A DNA stretch of 54,614 bases from an uncultured Clostridia bacterium (GTDB taxonomy: Bacteria > Bacillota > Clostridia > TANB77 > CAG-508), in assembly GCA_944390625.1 (NCBI GenBank), contig CALXRH010000088.1, positions 1-54,614 of the forward strand. Reading direction: 5' to 3'. Each line of letters starts with the position of its first letter. Within the stretch, counting starts at the first letter, position 1. A program made the position numbers and the translations under genes. Shown here piece by piece: positions 9,795 to 19,393 of this stretch. The notes beneath the pieces were generated by a model. That model was given only the letters and a program-made list of their open reading frames with translations. It was not told where the DNA came from and made no database searches.

Positions 9795-9948
9795 GAGCAA
9801 AAAAGAAAACCTATTTACAATTTCTAAATTGTAGATAGGTATTTTTTGTAAATTTAAAAAAGTTTACATAAATTATTGAAAAAGAAAATAAAATGTGATA
9901 AAATATTGAATTAACATAATGAGCGAAAATATAGAAAAGGAGGGAATC

Positions 9949-12450
9949 ATGAATTCAGAAAATTTTGTAGCTAAATTTTATCTAGACAAAGAAAAAGATA
10001 TTGTAGTTAATTTATTAAAATCAAGCGAACCAGATGAATTAATTTATATCTTAAAAACGCCAAATCATCATACTGGAAATTTAATAACCAATCTAGCAAA
10101 AGTTGCAAACGTAGAAACCAAAAAAGATGAAAAAGATATGAAAATTATAACAGGTACTTTACCTGCTTGTATTAACGATGACGGAGAAGAAGTATATATT
10201 TTTCGATTAGGTGGAATCAAAATAGCTAATATTTATCCAGATGGAAGAATCGAAAGAAAAGCAAAGATTCCAGCTATTATAAAACTACTTATGGCGCAAA
10301 CAAAAGATTATAAGCTTCCTATTGAAAAAACAATTGTAAAATCTTATATATTAAAAAAATCAAAATTTAGAACAGATTTACATACTCATTTAAATCAAAT
10401 TTTACAGCCAGATTTATTAATTGCATTAGGAATGAAACATCAAATTGGATATTCCTTATATTATATTAAAAAACTAGGAATAAAAGTTACAGTCAAACAA
10501 GAAAAAGAGCTTTTCAAAAAAAGAAAAGAAGTAGAAAAAAAATATAAAAATTCAGAATTTACTGGTAAAATATTAGAGAGAAAAATTGATGACGAAGTTT
10601 TGATTAATCTAGCAGATTTAATATTAAATAATTTAGAAAATGCAGAAGAAAATATTGTAAAAATCAGAAATAGTCTAGTATTATTAAAAGATGGACAAGC
10701 CGTTTTTACGAATCTTGAAAAAACAATTTTATATCGATATGCGATTATTCGAGGCAAGCAAGTATCAGAAACAGAAAAGATAGATTTAAGTTTAGAAAAA
10801 ATAGAAGCAATAGAAGATAAAGATATCAGACAAGCCTTAAAGAAAATGTTAGAAGATAGCAAACCAGGAAACCAATATGAGCATAATACTTTTTATCAAG
10901 ATAAATTATTATGGATAGCAAGAGAATATCAAAAGCAAGGCATAAAATATGTTGAAATTGCTAACTCCACTTTACCAAAAAAAGGAGAAACTGGAATTAT
11001 GCATTTAGTGGAAATGCATGAAGTAATGCCAAAAATCGAGGAAGAAACAGGAGTTGCTATCCGCTATTTAGCAGCAGCAAGTAGAACCTTGTATACAAAA
11101 CAGCAGTTAAAAGAATGTCCAGCTGTAATAAAAGCATTAAGTAAAAGTCCTTATGTTGTCGGAATGGATTTAATCGGAGAAGAAATCAACAATGTAACCG
11201 ATTTTTCCGATATTATTGAGGAAATTGTAAAATATGCTATCTATGAAGATAAAGGATTTACCATAAGACTACATGCAGGGGAAACAGATGCCTTTAAAGA
11301 CAATGTAGAAAAAGCATTAGATTGTATCAAAATCTGTGTACCAAATGGACAAAAAGCACCACCATTTCGATTAGGCCATGGTTTATATGTTCCAGACTTA
11401 GATTCAAAAGAAGGAAAAAGGATTATAAACAAAATGAAAGATTTAGATGTAGTTTTAGAGTTCCAATTATCTTCTAATGTAAGACTAAATAATTTAACCA
11501 ATCTAAATAACCATCCTATGAAAAAATACTTAGAAGCAGGAGTAAAATGTGTGCAAGGAACAGATGGATGTGGTTTTTATGGAATCGATACAATCGATGA
11601 GCAAATTGCATTAAGAAATTTATTAGACATAAAAGATAGCAATTTTATGAGGATGAGAGATGTAGAAGAAGAAATTTTGGCAAAAAGAAAAGTTTATTTT
11701 GAAGAAAAATCAAAAAGATTTAAAGAATTTTTAGCAGGAAGAACAATCCAAGAAGCTTTGCAAGAGGAAGAAGAAAAAAACTTAGCCAATTTAGATTTAG
11801 ATAGTATCGATACCACCGGAGTCAATAACCTAAATTCTTACAAAGTTTTTCAAGAAAAAATCGTAAAACTTCCAACTGATAAAATGCCAATTGTAATAGC
11901 AGGAGGAAGTTTTAATTCAAAAGGAAGAATTACTACTTTAAATGAAGATACGAAAAAAGCATTAAAAGAATTATTAGAAAAAGTAGACAATAAAAATACT
12001 TATATTTTAATTGGACATAAAATGCAAGGATATGAAAGAGCAGTTTTAGATATTGCAAAAGAAATAAACAAAAAATTTAATGTAACAGCTGTGGTTCCAA
12101 AATATGTATCAGAAGACATAAAAGAAAATCTAGAAAACAACCAAGAGTTAAGTGGAATCTATGTTTCACCTGACCCATCAGAGCTTGGTATCTATAAGAG
12201 CTTTAATTATGAAATATTTGAAAGAAGAAATTCGGTAGTGGTTGCATTTGATGGAAATTCTCCCGTATCTAATTTAATTAAAGAAGCCAAAAATGGAAAA
12301 GGAAAAGCAAAAATCTATGTCAATTCTGATGTAGCATTATTAAAAGAAAAAGCAAGTTCTTTGGAAGGATATGTCAGGTTATTTAATCATGATAATAGTT
12401 TAGCAGAGGAGATTTTAGGGGATAATCCGGAGATAAGAGAGAATGCTTAA
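9949..12450 (+). CDS. multidomain protein: unknown N-domain + adenosine/AMP-deaminase-fold (amidohydrolase) domain + C-terminal SLOG/LOG-like Rossmann domain
   Basis: The start is moved to the ATG at 9949, which sits behind GGAGG (9939-9943). Deaminase-type metal and catalytic blocks appear in order: DLHTHLN, RLHAGE, RLGHGLYV, FQLSSNV, QGTDGCG. The C-terminus (IVIAGGSF, ILIGHKMQGYERAVLDIA, VVVAFDGNSPVSNLIKEAK) resembles LOG/TIGR00725/SLOG proteins. Confidence 0.6.
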   Translation: MNSENFVAKFYLDKEKDIVVNLLKSSEPDELIYILKTPNHHTGNLITNLAKVANVETKKDEKDMKIITGTLPACINDDGEEVYIFRLGGIKIANIYPDGRIERKAKIPAIIKLLMAQTKDYKLPIEKTIVKSYILKKSKFRTDLHTHLNQILQPDLLIALGMKHQIGYSLYYIKKLGIKVTVKQEKELFKKRKEVEKKYKNSEFTGKILERKIDDEVLINLADLILNNLENAEENIVKIRNSLVLLKDGQAVFTNLEKTILYRYAIIRGKQVSETEKIDLSLEKIEAIEDKDIRQALKKMLEDSKPGNQYEHNTFYQDKLLWIAREYQKQGIKYVEIANSTLPKKGETGIMHLVEMHEVMPKIEEETGVAIRYLAAASRTLYTKQQLKECPAVIKALSKSPYVVGMDLIGEEINNVTDFSDIIEEIVKYAIYEDKGFTIRLHAGETDAFKDNVEKALDCIKICVPNGQKAPPFRLGHGLYVPDLDSKEGKRIINKMKDLDVVLEFQLSSNVRLNNLTNLNNHPMKKYLEAGVKCVQGTDGCGFYGIDTIDEQIALRNLLDIKDSNFMRMRDVEEEILAKRKVYFEEKSKRFKEFLAGRTIQEALQEEEEKNLANLDLDSIDTTGVNNLNSYKVFQEKIVKLPTDKMPIVIAGGSFNSKGRITTLNEDTKKALKELLEKVDNKNTYILIGHKMQGYERAVLDIAKEINKKFNVTAVVPKYVSEDIKENLENNQELSGIYVSPDPSELGIYKSFNYEIFERRNSVVVAFDGNSPVSNLIKEAKNGKGKAKIYVNSDVALLKEKASSLEGYVRLFNHDNSLAEEILGDNPEIRENA

Positions 12451-12609
12451 GTATAACTTATTTAAAAAAATTATTGTAATTTTTTTCATTTTGTAGTAAA
12501 ATAGAAGACAAAGCTTTACATAAAATGAGATAGTCTTTTTTATCTCATACATATGGTAAGCTTGTAGCAAACAAAAACCGAAACAATAAAACGACAAGGA
12601 GGAATCAGT

Positions 12610-13986
12610 ATGAAATATGATGTTTTGGTAATAGGTGCAGGTCCAGCAGGTATCGCTTGTGCGCGGGAGTTAAAAAACACTTATCCTAATGCAAAAGTAT
12701 GTATCATTGAAAAAGGACATCCGATTTCAAAAAGAAGATGTCCATCCCAAGAAAAAAAGATCAAATGTATAAACTGTAATGTTTGTGCGGTACTCTCTGG
12801 TTTTGGAGGTTCAGGTGCTAATTCAGATGGCAAGTTTACTATGCCACAAAAACCAGGACCATACCATATAGGAGGTACTCTTCCGACCTATATCGGATTA
12901 GAGGAAACCAATAGACTAATCTGGAAACAACATAATAATAATATGGCAATGGGAGCGCCAAACAACATTATCACTAAACGAGACGATGCCTTTATAAAAG
13001 ACTTTGATGAAAAACTCAGAAAAGTCGGGCTATTTCGGGCTGATGCAGATATCAACCATATAGGGACATCTGGAGTAAGAGAACTATACCAAGCATACGA
13101 AGATGAACTGAAAAAGCTTGGTGTAGAAATAAGCTTTGACACGGAAGTAACAGATATATTGCTTAATTCCGGTCGTATCATTGGAGTCATACTTAGTAAT
13201 GGCGAAAGAATCAAGGCAAGAAATATTGTTCTTGCAACTGGTCGTTCTGGCAGCAAATGGATGGAAGAGATGACGAAAAAGCATGATATCGCAATTGAGC
13301 CGGAAGAGGTGGATTTCGGTATTCGTGTAGAGGTGCCAGCACGTGTTATGGAACTGGTAGACAAAAACCTATATGAAGCCAAGATAATTGGTGAATATGG
13401 TAATGTAATGGTACGTATGTTTTGCACTAACCCATATGGAGCGGTTGTCTGCGAAACAGCAGATGGCATTAAATATGTCAATGGCCATGCGGATAACGTA
13501 AAGTTATCTGAAAACACGAACTTTGCGGTGCTAGCGACTTATAGAGTAAATGATAAAAACCCATCTCGGCTTGTCAGAAATATAGCAAGCTTTATTAATA
13601 ACGAAGGTGATGGACAACCGATAGTACAGAGATGGGGAGATTTAAAAATGGCAGCAGCAACTTCGAAGTTAGGACTTGAATTAAATTCCGTAACTCCCTC
13701 ACTTAGAAGCGCAACACCAGGGAATATGACAACCGTTTTTCCGGAAAAAGCGTTAACTGCGATTAAGCAGTATATGAACGATTTAGGAAAAGTGATTCAA
13801 GGCATTGACAATGATGACACTCTTGCCTATGGACTTGAAGCCAAATTCTGCCATAGCGGACTGGCTTTAAATAATGTGCTAGAATGCAGCATAGGTGCTT
13901 ATGTTATCGGAGATGCAGGACCAACGCATGGTTTGGCGTCAGCAGCAGCATCTGGAATCCATGTTGCACATTGCATAAAGTTATAG
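12610..13986 (+). CDS. FAD-dependent oxidoreductase (COG2509-like)
   Basis: The dinucleotide-binding motif VLVIGAGPAGIACA is followed by a Cys cluster (CPSQEKKIKCINCNVC). SD AAGGAGGA. The gene is visibly richer in GC and in CGN, GCG and CCG codons than its neighbours. Confidence 0.75.
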   Translation: MKYDVLVIGAGPAGIACARELKNTYPNAKVCIIEKGHPISKRRCPSQEKKIKCINCNVCAVLSGFGGSGANSDGKFTMPQKPGPYHIGGTLPTYIGLEETNRLIWKQHNNNMAMGAPNNIITKRDDAFIKDFDEKLRKVGLFRADADINHIGTSGVRELYQAYEDELKKLGVEISFDTEVTDILLNSGRIIGVILSNGERIKARNIVLATGRSGSKWMEEMTKKHDIAIEPEEVDFGIRVEVPARVMELVDKNLYEAKIIGEYGNVMVRMFCTNPYGAVVCETADGIKYVNGHADNVKLSENTNFAVLATYRVNDKNPSRLVRNIASFINNEGDGQPIVQRWGDLKMAAATSKLGLELNSVTPSLRSATPGNMTTVFPEKALTAIKQYMNDLGKVIQGIDNDDTLAYGLEAKFCHSGLALNNVLECSIGAYVIGDAGPTHGLASAAASGIHVAHCIKL

Positions 13987-14001
13987 CTACAAGCAACAAA
14001 G

Positions 14002-14038
14002 AAGAGGTAAATCACGTATGTGATATAACCTCTTTTTT
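14002..14038 (+). terminator. intrinsic terminator after the oxidoreductase gene
   Basis: Stem AAGAGGT..ATCAC / GTGAT..ACCTCTT followed by TTTT. Confidence 0.7.
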
Positions 14039-14167
14039 GTACATAAAAATTTATCGAAAAAATAAAAAAATCTCAAATAAATGTTTACAAAACCCCAAAA
14101 AATGTAGTATAATAAATGATAACTTAAAAAAACGGAGCAAAAAACAGAAAAAAAGGAGGAGTAAAAA

Positions 14168-15661
14168 ATGGCAACCTATTTAACAGAGCCATCAAGAACA
14201 TTTAACGAATATTTATTAATTCCAAGATTAACAACAAGAGAATGCACACCAGACAAAATCTCATTAAAAACACCACTTGTAAAACACAAAGAAGGAGAAG
14301 AAGCTTCTATGTACTTAAATGTACCATTTACATCAGCCATAATGCAAGCAGTTTCAGGAGTAAATATGGGAATTTCTTTAGCAAGAGAAGGTGGAATTGC
14401 ATTTATCTATATGTCACAATCCATAGAAGACCAAGCACAAATGGTTAGAGATGTAAAAGAATCCAAATCTGGATTTGTAAAAAGCAAATGGAATTTAAAA
14501 CCAACTGATACTTTAAAAGATATCTTAAAAATAAAAGAAGAAAGTGACCATACAACCATTCCAGTAACAGAAGATGGAACAGCTTCTGGAAAACTTTTAG
14601 GAATCATAACAAGCAAAGACTATAGACTTACCAGAGATAGTTTAGATAAAAAAGCAGAAGAAATTATGACACCAATTTCTAAATTAACTTATGCCAAAGT
14701 TGGATTAACATTATCAGAAGCAAATGATATGATATGGGAAAACAAAATCAATTGCTTGCCAGTGGTAGAAGAAAATGGCAATTTAAATTCTTTAGTATTT
14801 CGAAAAGATTATGAACAACACAAAGAAAATCCATTATCCCTTTTGGACGAAAACCACAGTTATATGGTAGGAGCAGGTGTCAACACAAGAGACTATGAAG
14901 AAAGAATACCAGCTTTAGTAGAAGCAGGAGTAGATATTTTATGTTTAGATTCTTCTGATGGTTATTCTGTTTGGCAAAAAGAAGTAATTGAATGGGTACA
15001 TAATAAATATAATGGAAAAGTAAAAATCGGAGCAGGAAATGTTGTAAGCCAAGAAGCATTCTATTATTTAGCAGATGCCGGAGCAGACTTCATTAAAATC
15101 GGAATTGGTGGAGGCTCTATTTGTATCACTCGTGAAACAAAAGGAATCGGAAGAGGACAAGCATCCGCTATTATCGATGTAGCAGAAGCTCGTGATGAAT
15201 ATGCCAAAAGAACCGGTATCTATATTCCAATTTGCTCAGATGGAGGAATTGTACATGACCATCATATAACACTTGCTTTAGCTATGGGATGCGATTTTGT
15301 CATGATGGGAAGATATTTTGCAAGATTTGATGAAAGCCCAACAACCAAAATAAGATTAAATGGCGAATTTGTAAAAGAATATTGGGGTGAAGGATCCAAA
15401 AGAGCAAGAAGTTGGCAAAGATATGACTTAGGTGGAAAAAATGAAAAAATGTCTTTTGTAGAAGGGGTAGATTCTTATATACCATATGCTGGACCATTAA
15501 AAGACAATTTAGATATGACTATCAAAAAAATCAAATCAACGATGTCAAATTGTGGTTCCAGAAATTTAGAAGAATTTCATGAGAAAGCTATTTTAACACC
15601 AGTATCGAATTTAAGTATCCAAGAAGGCTCTGCTCATGATTTAACCGTAAGAGAAGTATAA
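14168..15661 (+). CDS. guaB: IMP dehydrogenase
   Basis: 497 aa with a CBS pair inserted in a TIM barrel. Catalytic loop [35 protein letters not shown]. Confidence 0.9.
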   Translation: MATYLTEPSRTFNEYLLIPRLTTRECTPDKISLKTPLVKHKEGEEASMYLNVPFTSAIMQAVSGVNMGISLAREGGIAFIYMSQSIEDQAQMVRDVKESKSGFVKSKWNLKPTDTLKDILKIKEESDHTTIPVTEDGTASGKLLGIITSKDYRLTRDSLDKKAEEIMTPISKLTYAKVGLTLSEANDMIWENKINCLPVVEENGNLNSLVFRKDYEQHKENPLSLLDENHSYMVGAGVNTRDYEERIPALVEAGVDILCLDSSDGYSVWQKEVIEWVHNKYNGKVKIGAGNVVSQEAFYYLADAGADFIKIGIGGGSICITRETKGIGRGQASAIIDVAEARDEYAKRTGIYIPICSDGGIVHDHHITLALAMGCDFVMMGRYFARFDESPTTKIRLNGEFVKEYWGEGSKRARSWQRYDLGGKNEKMSFVEGVDSYIPYAGPLKDNLDMTIKKIKSTMSNCGSRNLEEFHEKAILTPVSNLSIQEGSAHDLTVREV

Positions 15662-15667
15662 AGGATA

Positions 15668-17647
15668 GTGAAAGATATGAATGAATTTAGAAAAAGTCAC
15701 CAAGTTTCAAAGAGTGAATTAAATAGAAGCAAAGAAATTATTAGAAAATTAGATGAATTAGAACAAATCTATAATCCAGAAAGGCAAAATTTAGATAGAA
15801 GAACCAATATATTAAGATCCGGAGATAATATCTACTTAAATGTAATGTTAATAACAGGATTATTATTTTCGATTAATGATAGTTCAAAAGGAACGGTAGA
15901 TTCAACCATTACAGGAAGAATTAAGTCAATAGAAAGTACAAGACTAAAAACAAACAGAGCAGGAAGAGAAAACAAAAAAAATAGAGATATTGTAGCATGC
16001 TGTGTAAGTATTGATCGAGTTCATAATTCTAAAAACTTTTTTAATATATTCAGATCCGATAAAATACAAGGATTATATAATGAAAGAAAATCGAATTTGG
16101 TTCTTATGAAGATTGCAATTGATTTTCTAAGAGAATTTGATATGTATGGAATTTCATCAGAATTAGATGATAAATTATCTCATGAAGAATCGAGACGTAG
16201 ATTACAGCAAATGAAAAATGATTGTCAAATCATCTTAGATAATATTAACACTTATTATAAAGAAGAAGGAACCAATTTATCGGAAGAAGAATTTCCAATC
16301 AGGGAATGGTTGCAAGTAATGTGTGAAGATTTAATGCAACAAGAAGCAGAAAGAGCGGTAAAAACTTTAGACAAAGAAATAGAAAGAATGGAAAAAGAGC
16401 AAGGAGATGCAGAAAGTACATTTGAAGAAAATTTAAGTAAAGTTAATTTAAACAATCTGAAAATGAGAAAAAATATGCTTGATACCAAAACAAGTCATAC
16501 CCAAAAAGAACTGATTACCATATTAAATGGTGTAATCGATGAAGAAAGAATGGAATTGTATAAGTCTGTTTTGCAATATTTAAAAGAAAGAGAAATTGAG
16601 GAAAGTTATGATGACAATACGAATAAAGTAGAAAGTAGTAAAGAAAAAACTTATTGTGAAATTTTAATGTTAATCTTATACCAACTAACAAAATTAGAAT
16701 TTGTCAAAGAAAGTCAATATAAGGGTTTAATTTATCAAAACATATGGAGAAACTTACAAAATCAAATTGAATTATATAAATATTGTGAAGTAGATCATGG
16801 AACTTATGGAAATATAACATTTGAAAATTTACAAAAATTATTAACCAATTTAATAAGACTAAATGCTAGATTAAGTGACCCCTTACAATATGAAATCTCC
16901 AAATATCAAATGAGATATTCTTTAAAATCTATTATACAGGCATATAAAGGAACCGATCTTATGGTATGTGAAGAAAAGATAAAGCCAAATGGTTATGTTG
17001 CTGACCATTATGATTTTGATGATTTTGAAATAAAAGCAATGACCCACTTTAGAGAAAGGGTAGCAACAATTGGTAGTGCTTCTTATACAAACGGTAGGAT
17101 TGACAATAAAGATGAGAAAAAGAAAGAGATTTCAAATTTAAATTATGGTAGATACATGCTAAAAATACCAGAAAGACCACCAATTATAAAATTTGCAGAA
17201 CTAACAACAAGATTAGGCAAAAAATTATCGCTAGATGACTCTTTAAAAAAATATATTCAAGAAAACCAAAATACTGCTGAAGTAAAAGCTGGTATCGAAA
17301 AATGGAGAAAAAAAGTTTTGGGAATTATTCCTAGGTATTTTTCAGCAAGATACAATGAAGAAAAAAATGTGGTTGAAATTGAATTTTTGAGTGAAGTAAA
17401 AAATGTAAATAAACTTTATTCAGAAACAAGTATACTTCAAGTTAGAGAAGAAGTAAAACGAAAAACAAAACAATTAAAAAAATTAGGATTTCTATTAGAT
17501 GAACCATTAAAAATAGAGGTATCCAGAACGCAATATAGGGATTTTCTCCAATATGAATTAAAAAATTTAAAAAATAAAATCGATACAAAATTAAATCCAA
17601 AAGAACAAGATGACCAGAAAACAAAAGGAATGGCACCAGAAGCGTAA
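15668..17647 (+). CDS. hypothetical protein with split RelA/SpoT-like nucleotidyltransferase motifs and a long coiled-coil insertion
   Basis: 659-aa ORF; the start is uncertain (GTG 15668 or ATG 15677). GRIKSIESTRLK...DIVACCVSI resembles the N-terminal (p)ppGpp-synthetase block. About 330 aa further on, KPNGYVADHYDF..FEIKAMTHFRERVATIGSASY resembles the NGYxSxH / EIQIRT..A..G.A.H.YK block. Confidence 0.4.
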   Translation: MKDMNEFRKSHQVSKSELNRSKEIIRKLDELEQIYNPERQNLDRRTNILRSGDNIYLNVMLITGLLFSINDSSKGTVDSTITGRIKSIESTRLKTNRAGRENKKNRDIVACCVSIDRVHNSKNFFNIFRSDKIQGLYNERKSNLVLMKIAIDFLREFDMYGISSELDDKLSHEESRRRLQQMKNDCQIILDNINTYYKEEGTNLSEEEFPIREWLQVMCEDLMQQEAERAVKTLDKEIERMEKEQGDAESTFEENLSKVNLNNLKMRKNMLDTKTSHTQKELITILNGVIDEERMELYKSVLQYLKEREIEESYDDNTNKVESSKEKTYCEILMLILYQLTKLEFVKESQYKGLIYQNIWRNLQNQIELYKYCEVDHGTYGNITFENLQKLLTNLIRLNARLSDPLQYEISKYQMRYSLKSIIQAYKGTDLMVCEEKIKPNGYVADHYDFDDFEIKAMTHFRERVATIGSASYTNGRIDNKDEKKKEISNLNYGRYMLKIPERPPIIKFAELTTRLGKKLSLDDSLKKYIQENQNTAEVKAGIEKWRKKVLGIIPRYFSARYNEEKNVVEIEFLSEVKNVNKLYSETSILQVREEVKRKTKQLKKLGFLLDEPLKIEVSRTQYRDFLQYELKNLKNKIDTKLNPKEQDDQKTKGMAPEA

Positions 17648-17659
17648 AATACTTTATAA

Positions 17660-17702
17660 AAGTTCCTAGCACATGTTTATTTGTGCTAGGAACTTTTTTT
17701 TA
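17660..17702. terminator. bidirectional terminator between convergent genes
   Basis: 14-bp stem AAGTTCCTAGCACA / TGTGCTAGGAACTT, with a T run on the plus side and an A run on the other side. Confidence 0.8.
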
Positions 17703-17716
17703 AGTAAAGTTATAGA

Positions 17717-19255
17717 TTATTCCCACTCAATTGTTGCAGGTGGTTTATAAGTAATATCATAAACCACACGATTGACAAATTTAACCTCATTTACAATGCG
17801 AGAAGAAACTTTTTCTAAAATTTCATACGGAATTTTACTCCAAACACCTGTCATAAAATCAGTTGTTTCAACAGCACGTAAGGCTATCGTATAATCATAA
17901 GTGCGTTCATCTCCCATAACGCCAACGGAGCGTAAATTAGTTAGTACTGCAAAATATTGATTAATCGATTTATGAAGACCGGATTTAGCAATTTCTTCTC
18001 TAAAAATAGCATCTGCCTCTCTTAAAATATCTAGTTTATCTTTCGTAATATCTCCAATTACGCGGATTGCTAAACCTGGACCAGGGAAAGGTTGTCTAAA
18101 AACTAAGTTTTCTGGAATACCAAGTTCTAATCCAACTTTTCTTACTTCATCTTTAAATAAATTTCTTAAAGGTTCTACAATTTCTTTAAAATCCACATAA
18201 TCTGGAAGACCACCTACATTGTGATGACTTTTAATAACAGAACTCTTACCAAGACCGCTTTCAATGACATCTGGATAGATGGTACCTTGTACTAAAAAAT
18301 CAACCGTTCCAAGTTTTTTTGCTTCTTGTTCGAAAACGCGAATAAATTCTTCTCCAATAATTTTTCTTTTCTTTTCTGGGTCTGTAACACCAGCTAATTT
18401 TTCTAAAAAACGATTTTCGGCATTGACTCTGATTAAATTTATATCATATTGTTCTCTAAAAATTTTTTCTACTTCATCTCCTTCATTTTTACGAAGAAGT
18501 CCATGGTCAACAAAAATACAAGTTAAATTTTTACCAATTGCTTTGCTTAAAAGAACAGCTGCAACAGAAGAATCTACACCACCAGATAAAGCACATAATG
18601 CTTTTCCGTTACCAATTTTTTCTTTTAAGGTTTTAATGGAATCTTCGACAAAAGAAGACATTTGCCAATCTCCTTGACAATTACAAATTTGATATAAGAA
18701 ATTTTTTATAACTAGAATGCCATTTTCTGAGTTATTTACTTCTGGATGAAATTGGATACCATATAATTTTTTCTCATCATTTGCCATAGCAGCATTTGGG
18801 CAAGAATCTGTCTTACCAATATTTTTAAATCCTACTGGTACGGTTTCTACAAAATCAGTATGGCTCATTAAAAATCCATTTGTAGTTTCAAATCCATCAA
18901 ACAATTTGGATGTATTGTCTATGAAAACACGAGTTGTACCATATTCACGTTTCTCCGCACGAGTAACTTTTCCTCCTAAGGTATGTGTCATAAGTTGCAT
19001 ACCATAACAGATTCCTAGGATAGGAATACCAAGCTCAAAAATTTGAGGGCCACATTTTGGACTATTCTCACCATAAACACTAGCAGGTCCTCCTGTAAAA
19101 ATGATACCTTTTGGATTTTTTTCTTTAATTTTTTCAATCGAAATATCAAAAGGTACTACTTCAGAATAAACATTGCATTCTCTTACTCTACGAGCAATTA
19201 ATTGATTATATTGTCCACCAAAATCTAGTATTAAAATCACTTCATTTTTTTTCAA
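17717..19255 (-). CDS. guaA: GMP synthase (glutamine-hydrolysing)
   Basis: 512 aa with the GATase block GICYGMQ, the PP-loop SGGVDSS and the C-terminal PPATIEWE. Confidence 0.97.
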   Translation of the reverse strand: MKKNEVILILDFGGQYNQLIARRVRECNVYSEVVPFDISIEKIKEKNPKGIIFTGGPASVYGENSPKCGPQIFELGIPILGICYGMQLMTHTLGGKVTRAEKREYGTTRVFIDNTSKLFDGFETTNGFLMSHTDFVETVPVGFKNIGKTDSCPNAAMANDEKKLYGIQFHPEVNNSENGILVIKNFLYQICNCQGDWQMSSFVEDSIKTLKEKIGNGKALCALSGGVDSSVAAVLLSKAIGKNLTCIFVDHGLLRKNEGDEVEKIFREQYDINLIRVNAENRFLEKLAGVTDPEKKRKIIGEEFIRVFEQEAKKLGTVDFLVQGTIYPDVIESGLGKSSVIKSHHNVGGLPDYVDFKEIVEPLRNLFKDEVRKVGLELGIPENLVFRQPFPGPGLAIRVIGDITKDKLDILREADAIFREEIAKSGLHKSINQYFAVLTNLRSVGVMGDERTYDYTIALRAVETTDFMTGVWSKIPYEILEKVSSRIVNEVKFVNRVVYDITYKPPATIEWE

Positions 19256-19393
19256 GATTTTTACCTCCCATTAAAAATATGCTACAATTATACCATATTT
19301 TCGGCTTTTTGTCACGAAAAATGTCAATTTTTATTGATTTTTTATGGAAGAAGTTGTAAAATAACAAAGGAACTATTGGGGGGAGTGATAAAA

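Noticed and set aside
14039-14167. Possible purine riboswitch upstream of guaB (also considered upstream of guaA).
   Set aside because: There is no three-way-junction sequence resembling the guanine/adenine aptamer. The region looks like a plain TTTACA..TATAAT promoter plus SD.
13884-14183. 99-aa ORF bridging the end of the oxidoreductase gene and the guaB upstream region.
   Set aside because: It runs through a terminator hairpin and the guaB promoter and SD, has no SD of its own, and its product is basic junk-like sequence.
19256-19393. Possible M-box (Mg2+) riboswitch upstream of mgtE.
   Set aside because: The intergenic region is only about 140 nt, is shared with the divergent guaA promoter, and shows no M-box-like conserved helices.
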